DNA of 62,879 nt, filler included, from Octopus bimaculoides (lineage: Eukaryota): NCBI RefSeq assembly GCF_001194135.2. It is 7 parts of 7 records of this genome, joined end to end, with 100 filler letters (N's around TTAATTAATTAA, not from the genome) between each part and the next. Parts side by side here need not be neighbours in the genome. Positions count along the whole stretch, not along the records: positions 45,802 to 58,159 come from NC_068983.1; positions 58,260 to 60,516 come from NC_068991.1; positions 60,617 to 62,879 come from NW_026387526.1; 4 more parts are not named here. The stretch is one strand, 5' to 3'. Numbering within the stretch: the stretch's first letter is position 1; every line of letters starts with the position of its first letter. The position numbers were made by a program, and so were the translations under genes. Below are positions 53,281 through 62,879 of the stretch, in pieces. A model generated the notes under the pieces. The model searched no databases. It was not told the origin of the DNA and saw only the letters and a program-made list of their open reading frames with translations.

Positions 53281-55145
53281 AGACGAGTCTTCGTCTTCAG
53301 AGAAGAGATCTTACATTTGAGACGTTGAAGGAAAGACGTTCAAGGATGGAATGGTTTTTGGGAGAGATAATTGTATGAGATGAAGGAACTGTGGAAGTAT
53401 TCAGAAAGGGAATAGTGGGGAGAAAATTAATTTCAGAAGTGAGGTGTAATAAAAAGGCTAGTAGGGAGTTATAGCAGTCGAGGTGGCAGGAAGAGAGTAG
53501 GATGATTTAGGTAGTATGTGAATGGTAGTCTACTATGTTAGTTTGTATGAAGTCTAGAGAGGGAGAACGGCCATTATTTGAGGGAAATAAAATTGACTGG
53601 ATCAAAGGATGAGGGAGATTACTAAGGCATGTAACGAGGTACATTTACTTCTACACCCGCTCAAATTTAAATCTCTTGAGCACTACGAAGTCTATTCTAT
53701 ACAGAGAATATATGATTCTCATCTATGAACTATATAGAGAGAGAGATTGACATGCAGACAGTTAGGGAGCTAGTTCGATTCATAGACATACAGAGAGACA
53801 AGCACAATACGTACATACATACATACATACATACATACATACATACATACATACATACATACATACATACATACATACATANNNNNNNNNNNNNNNNNNN
53901 NNNNNNNNNNNNNNNNNNNNNNNNNNNNNNNNNNNNNNNNNNNNNNNNNNNNNNNNNNNNNNNNNNNNNNNNNNNNNNNNNNNNNNNNNNNNNNNNNNNN
54001 NNNNNNNNNNNNNNNNNNNNNNNNNNNNNNNNNNNNNNNNNNNNNNNNNNNNNNNNNNNNNNNNNNNNNNNNNNNNNNNNNNNNNNNNNNNNNNNNNNNN
54101 NNNNNNNNNNNNNNNNNNNNNNNNNNNNNNNNNNNNNNNNNNNNNNNNNNNNNNNNNNNNNNNNNNNNNNNNNNNNNNNNNNNNNNNNNNNNNNNNNNNN
54201 NNNNNNNNNNNNNNNNNNNNNNNNNNNNNNNNNNNNNNNNNNNNNNNNNNNNNNNNNNNNNNNNNNNNNNNNNNNNNNNNNNNNNNNNNNNNNNNNNNNN
54301 NNNNNNNNNNNNNNNNNNNNNNNNNNNNNNNNNNNNNNNNNNNNNNNNNNNNNNNNNNNNNNNNNNNNNNNNNNNNNNNNNNNNNNNNNNNNNNNNNNNN
54401 NNNNNNNNNNNNNNNNNNNNNNNNNNNNNNNNNNNNNNNNNNNNNNNNNNNNAGTACAGATATTAACACTTCACTTTGACATCTTCACTCTCATTCCAAT
54501 AAGCCTTTATACATTTTTATTGTACAAATCCGGAGAAACTCTGTGATTGTCATAGTTCTAATTTCTGTTGGAGTATGCCGCACCCTACCTAATCACAGTT
54601 GTCTCTTTTGCCACCAGAATAACGGAATTAGACAATGTAAGCCAACAAAGCACTCAGCAATTACACTATGCTACTGCTCATGTTTATATTTATGATTGCA
54701 AGGTAGATCTACACACAATGTTTATTTTTTCTAATTATAGTATATAGATAGTGGGTAGAGGAGGTGCTCATGAACTCTGAAGACCTTCACAAACTTGTAA
54801 AGTTGATGGTGATCGAGTTCTATGTTCGACCCTAAAATCTGTAGATCAGTGTTTGGAAAAATTTTAATAATTAAGACAAAGACTGAATGTATGGTCCGAA
54901 TGCTGGCGATAGCACCAACTCTGCGAAATGAAAGCAAGAGCGAAGTGATGTATATTAATTAGAACGACTTCTGAATATCAATGAAAGATATGGTACCAGC
55001 ATTGAAAGGATATTAGATGTATAATGATATTTCTAACAATTCTGTTATCACAAATCTTTCTAAGTATACTAACTCTTCTAATGCACGTTAAAGATGGACA
55101 TACAAAGCACATATAACGTTTATGACGTCTTCAGTATTCTTTGGC

Positions 55146-55184
<39 letters not shown>

Positions 55185-55437
55185 CATAATAGGGTAAAAA
55201 ATCGATATTAATTAATATCAATTTAATACCAGGAAACTAGCACATTAAAAGAATCAGAAGGTTCAGAAAAAAATTTTCCGAGATCCTAAAAGGATTATAG
55301 TACTTGTGCATATAAAATCGACCAGTAAGTGGTCTGTTAATATGCTAGAAAAAGATCACTTAAAAAATTCTCAAAGAAAGATTCAGCGGAGCAAAAACAG
55401 GCGGGTGAGACCAGTGAAAATTATAAATACCTCGGTT

Positions 55438-55504
55438 ATCCGTAGACTATAGTTTCAAAATCAACACTTTCTAATGAAAGTATCTATTTATCATCAGTAC
55501 AAAT
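55438..55504 (-). ncRNA. Type I hammerhead-like motif, GUC site, U-U at base of helix II
   Basis: Minus strand reads AUUUGUA-CUGAUGA-UAAAUAGAUACUUUC-AUUA-GAAAGUGUUGAUUUU-GAAA-C-UAUA-GUC^UACGGAU. Helix I is 7 bp (two wobbles), helix III is the palindrome ACUAUAGU. Confidence 0.65.
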
Positions 55505-57178
55505 TGCCGATATTATTATAATCCAACAGAATCTGGTTGTAGTTGTCTCCAACCAGTGAAAGCGTGCACGTGATTCTATCCATTATAAAGAGTAAAATTC
55601 AAAAGTCTTAGTTTGAATTTTTTAAGTGATCTTTTTCTAGCATATTAACAGACCACTTACTGGTCGCTTTNNNNNNNNNNNNNNNNNNNNNNNNNNNNNN
55701 NNNNNNNNNNNNNNNNNNNNNNNNNNNNNNNNNNNNNNNNNNNNNNNNNNNNNNNNNNNNNNNNNNNNNNNNNNNNNNNNNNNNNNNNNNNNNNNNNNNN
55801 NNNNNNNNNNNNNNNNNNNNNNNNNNNNNNNNNNNNNNNNNNNNNNNNNNNNNNNNNNNNNNNNNNNNNNNNNNNNNNNNNNNNNNNNNNNNNNNNNNNN
55901 NNNNNNNNNNNNNNNNNNNNNNNNNNNNNNNNNNNNNNNNNNNNNNNNNNNNNNNNNNNNNNNNNNNNNNNNNNNNNNNNNNNNNNNNNNNNNNNNNNNN
56001 NNNNNNNNNNNNNNNNNNNNNNNNNNNNNNNNNNNNNNNNNNNNNNNNNNNNNNNNNNNNNNNNNNNNNNNNNNNNNNNNNNNNNNNNNNNNNNNNNNNN
56101 NNNNNNNNNNNNNNNNNNNNNNNNNNNNNNNNNNNNNNNNNNNNNNNNNNNNNNNNNNNNNNNNNNNNNNNNNNNNNNNNNNNNNNNNNNNNNNNNNNNN
56201 NNNNNNNNNNNNNNNNNNNNNNNNNNNNNNNNNNNNNNNNNNNNNNNNNNNNNNNNNNNNNNNNNNNNNNNNNNNNNNNNNNNNNNNNNNNNNNNNNNNN
56301 NNNNNNNNNNNNNNNNNNNNNNNNNNNNNNNNNNNNNNNNNNNNNNNNNNNNNNNNNNNNNNNNNNNNNNNNNNNNNNNNNNNNNNNNNNNNNNNNNNNN
56401 NNNNNNNNNNNNNNNNNNNNNNNNNNNNNNNNNNNNNNNNNNNNNNNNNNNNNNNNNNNNNNNNNNATGTATATATATATATATATACACGTATCTATTT
56501 ACATATATGTGTGTATATCTGTGTGTGTGTGTGCGTGTGTGTATTGTATGCTTGTGTATCTATATGCATAAGGAAAAGTATTCCTTCAAATGGGTGTGTA
56601 AAACATGCAATTCTCCGGTACGTCAGTTGAATACAACAAAAATATGTATACAATTAATAGATTCGAGACAGGTATTCTCTGTATAGAATACATTTTGCAG
56701 TACTCAAGTGATTTGAACTTGAGAAGGTAGAGGATTAAATGTAAGGACAAGCAAGTTAGGCAAGTCAATAGACAAAAAATATTAAATACATTTAATACAA
56801 AAAATATACATATGTATACATATAAAAGGGCCGACTTACATAGAATAGAAATTATATGAGGAATTAAAAAGGTTGAATGAGAGTTTTACAAGTCTAACAG
56901 GTGTTTCTAGGGGATTGGTGGGCCAAAATAATGGAAACAACTGCTGGACTCATAAAACTCTTATTCAATTCCTTAAATTTCTGATATATTTTGTGTAAGT
57001 GGGAGCTTTTATATAAATACATATGTACATTATTGGTATTGAATGTATTTAAAAATTTTTTCTATATCGTCTTGCGTAACTTGCTTGTCTTTGCACTTAC
57101 TCCAGTACATATATACATACATACATGCATACATACATAAATACATACATACATACATACATACATACGCACACACGC

Positions 57179-57239
<61 letters not shown>

Positions 57240-58882
57240 AATTTATTCTATTTTCGCTTTTAAATATTCCTCTTATATGGATAATTTAGCTTTTAAACAG
57301 ATGAATAAAATAATTTTTTTTTTGTATTTCTTCCTAAAGGATAAGTAAATTGGATTATGTTTAATATTTGACTTTTTGCAGCTGTTGAATCATATTGCTC
57401 CTTTGATAGCAATAATTGTAGCGTGGCAATCAATGGTACAGATTATGTATGGAAACGATCGCTTTCTTCATTCTCAAATGATGCAGGACGACCCAAAACA
57501 GATCATTCAACAAAAACTAGATATGGTAATTATTCGACGTTTATATGATATATTACTTTGTAATTATTTTCCTTTCTTGTCCGTGACACAATGCTTCAGT
57601 CAGTAAGTTTACCAATCATCTTCAGCTGAGATTCATATGTAAAACAAAAGAAGTCTATTGTCTTGGGTATATTGTGGATGATAATAGTTTTTCCTTGTTT
57701 AGAATTTAGGTTAATTATTACGAACTTATTTGATAAGATATTCTTGATACATTATGTACCGTGCCGATCATGGTCAGATTGAGGCAGTTCTTATTCAGAT
57801 TCAAAAGCTGTAAGCTGATACATATAGACAGAAAGTGGGTAGGTAGGAAATTTCAAGTGGTTCATATTCGGAAGATAAGGACTGAGCACTAGGAGAAAGA
57901 GACACTAATTGAGTGATGAGAGAAGTTACGCTATGTAAGACAACCGGGAGAGATCGTCAGTTAATTTCTTGTAATATGGATGGTATTAATCACAAGTTGT
58001 TAACGATTAAAAAGATGAGGTAGAATATTGTTTCTTTGATATGCACAGTGATTGTGTCGTTGTGTTATAGAAAGATATACATTTGTCAAGTCCTCTTTAG
58101 AAATATGCTTTGAAAGTGTCTGTTCATAGAAGGCGCACATACTTAATAGTGCTAATGGGNNNNNNNNNNNNNNNNNNNNNNNNNNNNNNNNNNNNNNNNN
58201 NNNTTAATTAATTAANNNNNNNNNNNNNNNNNNNNNNNNNNNNNNNNNNNNNNNNNNNNGTAGAAGACACTTGCCCACCCGGAACCATGTGGTTGGTAAG
58301 CACATGGTTGGTAAGCACATGGTTCTCTTGAGAGAACATGACAATTCATATTCTTTTGTACATTATTATCGGTCGTGTAACCATAGCATAATGTTTTATC
58401 ATGGGTGATCTTCTTAGTGATGGCCCTGATGGTGGTGGTGGTGGTGGTGGTGGTTTTAGTGGTGTTAGCTCTTCTGTAGTAATTGGCAATATATCCTCAA
58501 GTCAACCCTGATCGAGCTGTTCTAGTTGAGAGCATCCCAATACGAACGGAACAGGATTCGTAGATGAGCTTCCCTCCTCTGTGGCTGTATAGGAACCATG
58601 CATTCCTTTCGAAGTTCTTCTCTGATAGTGGTTTGGAAGTTTGTAAAACTCCTAGAAGATTCACATATCGCGCTCTAGAAAAAGAAACACTCTTCCCGAA
58701 ATACTTGCGGCGAGGATTCCACTGAGATTCGAACCATCTCACCCAAATCTCCAGTGTCGAACCACGGCCCAACTATATTGTCTTAAAAGGCGAAGGCCAG
58801 CTACGAGAAAATAATTGTGTCACCATAAAAGGCATTAACGCTTACATGAACAATGGTTCGACCAGTCAGATCAGATGAAATA

Positions 58883-59097
58883 GGAGAGGGTGCTGAAAAG
58901 CTCCTGGCTTAAGGTAAAAGAAAATACAAGAGGATCAGTTACTTATGATTTTATTCAACATTTTCCCCGCTCAGATTTATGCACTTATAGCTGTGGTCCT
59001 TCAATTTTTCTAAGCCCTGTAAAAGAACTCAGGCTGGGCTTCAAACCAGGCCTTCCGCGATACCCTTAAAAGCCAGGAACTTTTCAGTACTCCCTCG
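58883..59097 (-). mobile_element. Tc1/mariner-derived MITE, same family as 1874-2075
   Basis: TIRs gagggtgctgaaaagctcctggct and agccaggaacttttcagtactccctc, with a shared internal sequence. Confidence 0.8.
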
Positions 59098-60732
59098 AAT
59101 AACCAAATAATCGAATAACCAAATTGACAATTTTCCCGCCAAATAGATCGACCGAAAGTTCTGAGAACTTGACCTAATGTTATAAAAAGCTGGGATGTTG
59201 AACCTCAGGTGCTACACAGAACTCTGTCGGGCAGTTTTGTGATAAATTGTTTTCACTTTTTTGTTACTTTCTCTGTCTTTAATAACCATGAACAGTTTCC
59301 ATATAAATAACTCCAGTACTATTACATTAACTTATATTTGCTGTTGTAATCAAATAATTGTTGCAAATGCAAATGTTCCGGTTAATAAAAAAAGAAATAT
59401 TGGAAACTTATATAAATATTTAGTGCAGTCATTCTCGCTTTCTCACTCAGCCTATTTGATATTGTAATGACTAAGATCCACCAGATACTCATATTGTACA
59501 TATGACATAAAACTATCTTTAATACAAAACAGTCACGTCGGTACTCATATTTTCAATGTTAACTAGAAGAAAAAAAAAATCTAAAATCCGGCAAGTCACA
59601 ATTAAACGACAGAAAATAAAAAACCAACCAAGATATAAACAACTGTCAGACATTAAGACTTTAACGGCTTTTAGAACTCCTAATGGACATAAAATTTCGT
59701 GATTAATATGACTCGGATCCATTATGGACACGATAGATCGAGAAATTTCCAGAATATGATACAAGTTATTGGTATATATCAATATAACTCAGATTACACT
59801 TTAAGCTTCTAGTTTTTTGTTCCGGCTGGTTTTTTCTTTTGTTTTATTTCTTCCTGTAAATAATGTTAACGAGATTCCTCATGTCTTCTTTCCAGTTTCC
59901 TATTCATGTCGATCAATTCTGTTCCAAAATCATCGATAATCAATTGAAGAATATAATAAGTATGTATGTATGTATGTATGTATGTATGTATGTATGTATG
60001 TATGTATGTATGTATGTATGTACGTATGTATGTATGTATGTATGCATGTGTATACATGATATGTGTGTGTGTGTGTGTGTTTGTGTGTATTTATGTTTCT
60101 CTCACATGCGAGTACGTATGTTTGTATTACATATATAAACATACTTACGTACATACATATAATCAGCCTCCAAAGAGACGGTTACTGGTTTGCGTCGGTG
60201 ACGCTTGAATAGGTAAAAGCAACAGAAAGATCCCAGTGAAATTGCCGTGGGTAAGTGACGTAGAGGCGTACCCAACGATTCGAACACAGTCTATCTTCAG
60301 AGTGAACGCGACAAAGTGAGAAGGAAACAGTAAAATTTGACGTGGTCTATTTTTAAGCGATGTAAAACTTGGTTGCTTTTCCTTCTTTTTACTGTTTGTC
60401 ATCTTCACATTGAAAAGGAACCCTATCCAACACATTGGATGCGCCACTCTTCTGTCGTTTTCTCTTTATTTTTTTCTCTCTCTTTTTCTGTCCTTCCTCT
60501 CTCTCTCTCTCTCTCTNNNNNNNNNNNNNNNNNNNNNNNNNNNNNNNNNNNNNNNNNNNNTTAATTAATTAANNNNNNNNNNNNNNNNNNNNNNNNNNNN
60601 NNNNNNNNNNNNNNNNCGCTAAGTTACGAGGACGTAAACACACCACCATCGGTTGTCAAGCGATGGAGGTGGGGAGGAATCGACGTAAGATTAAATAATA
60701 ATCTGCGATAGGTGAACCGCGTATGGCGAGGG

Positions 60733-60769
<37 letters not shown>

Positions 60770-62128
60770 GTGTGTGTGTGTGTGTGTCTGTGTGTGTGTA
60801 TGTATAGATGTATTTATACAAGGTATTCCGTCGATTAGGACGACAATGTCAGCGGTTCGTAAAATAAATTCGTTAAATTGGTGCTCCATCATGGCCGCGG
60901 TTAAATGACTGAAATAGATTAAAGAATTAAAAAATCAAAGTATATATACACACATAGGTCTCCCCGCGCGCGCATACACATAAACATACATACATACATA
61001 CATACTCACGCACATACACATACATACACGTTCACGCACGCATACACACACACACACACAAACACACATACATGCATGCATACATACATACATACATACA
61101 TACATACATGCACACACATACATACACACACACGTACGCATGCATACACACATACACATTCATACACACACATACACACACAATCGTACATACATACACA
61201 AACACACATACATACATACATACATACATACACACACATACGCATGCACACACACACATATATATACACATAAACACACATACATACATACATACATANN
61301 NNNNNNNNNNNNNNNNNNNNNNNNNNNNNNNNNNNNNNNNNNNNNNNNNNNNNNNNNNNNNNNNNNNNNNNNNNNNNNNNNNNNNNNNNNNNNNNNNNNN
61401 NNNNNNNNNNNNNNNNNNNNNNNNNNNNNNNNNNNNNNNNNNNNNNNNNNNNNNNNNNNNNNNNNNNNNNNNNNNNNNNNNNNNNNNNNNNNNNNNNNNN
61501 NNNNNNNNNNNNNNNNNNNNNNNNNNNNNNNNNNNNNNNNNNNNNNNNNNNNNNNNNNNNNNNNNNNNNNNNNNNNNNNNNNNNNNNNNNNNNNNNNNNN
61601 NNNNNNNNNNNNNNNNNNNNNNNNNNNNNNNNNNNNNNNNNNNNNNNNNNNNNNNNNNNNNNNNNNNNNNNNNNNNNNNNNNNNNNNNNNNNNNNNNNNN
61701 NNNNNNNNNNNNNNNNNNNNNNNNNNNNNNNNNNNNNNNNNNNNNNNNNNNNNNNNNNNNNNNNNNNNNNNNNNNNNNNNNNNNNNNNNNNNNNNNNNNN
61801 NNNNNNNNNNNNNNNNNNNNNNNNNNNNNNNNNNNNNNNNNNNNNNNNNNNNNNNNNNNNNNNNNNNNNNNNNNNNNNNNNNNNNNNNNNNNNNNNNNNN
61901 NNNNNNNNNNNNNNNNNNNNNNNNNNNNNNNNNNNNNNNNNNNNNNNNNNNNNNNNNNNNNNNNNNNNNNNNNNNNNNNNNNNNNNNNNNNNNNNNNNNN
62001 NNNNNNNNNNNNNNNNNNNNNNNNNNNNNNNNNNNNNNNNNNNNNNNNNNNNNNNNNNNNNNNNNNNNNNNNNNNNNNNNNNNNNNNNNNNNNNNNNNNN
62101 NNNNNNNNNNNNNNNNNNNNNNNNNNAT

Positions 62129-62495
<367 letters not shown>

Positions 62496-62879
62496 TAAGC
62501 CTTCAACCGTTCTGTTCGACAGCCATGGCGGAAAGGTTAACGTTCTCATTGGGAGGAAAGTGTGCTTATATGGGGAGGGTGTGTGGGGGGTAGGGGATGG
62601 AGAGGATAAGCAATGAGGGCGGGTATGTGGGAGAATTAGGCGTGGGTGGTCATGAACGGCGTGTGTGGGTGATATTGGAGGAGAGGTGCGGGCGCATCAA
62701 CGCCTCGCCCCACACCACCATGGCTGAAATTTAGATGTTTCAATGCTGAATGCTTATGTGTGGCCTATAAATCGGTGTGTGATGTGTGTGTGTGTGTGTG
62801 TGTGTATGTGTGTGTGTGTGTAAAAAAACCTTTTCGGTCATGAATGACCATGGGATTGCACCTAGAAAGTTACCCTCCA

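Noticed and set aside
54731-55000. Possible GIY-YIG C-terminal remnant on the minus strand
   Set aside because: The similarity is vague and needs several frame switches.
55060-55140. Other CTGANGA hits (near 1540, 19455, 52125, 55130, 57620, 60295)
   Set aside because: There is no correctly placed stem plus GAAA plus NUH; chance 7-mers are expected.
58700-58780. tRNA gene on the minus strand (ggttcgaatctc B box)
   Set aside because: No cloverleaf could be folded; more likely a SINE head.

Overview
AT-rich, microsatellite-dense, heavily gapped eukaryotic scaffold piece. Its repeat content (tRNA-derived SINEs, RTE LINEs, Penelope-like elements, mariner MITEs) points to an octopus/cephalopod genome; this is inferred. 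The only host gene I recognise is PPIE (cyclophilin E/Cyp33) on the + strand. Three RRM-coding exons are visible (35790-35888, 40912-40938, 42044-42125), plus a candidate first exon at 32878. One obligatory 44-nt exon and all cyclophilin-domain exons are not visible. Most listed ORFs are microsatellite or N-gap artefacts. The main unexplained signal is a dispersed set of type I hammerhead-ribozyme motifs. Three have canonical cores (20583-20665, 21745-21830, 38924-39059), and about six more are variant or decayed. They have unrelated helix I/II sequences, and the four best carry a self-complementary helix III loop (AGCT twice, GATC, TATA), the signature of dimer-acting Penelope-associated ribozymes. 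Several sit inside inverted repeats or near Penelope RT/GIY-YIG fragments. All folds were done by eye and none is tested. Six TTAATTAATTAA linkers inside 100-bp N gaps are artificial contig joins, so long-range adjacency is uncertain.
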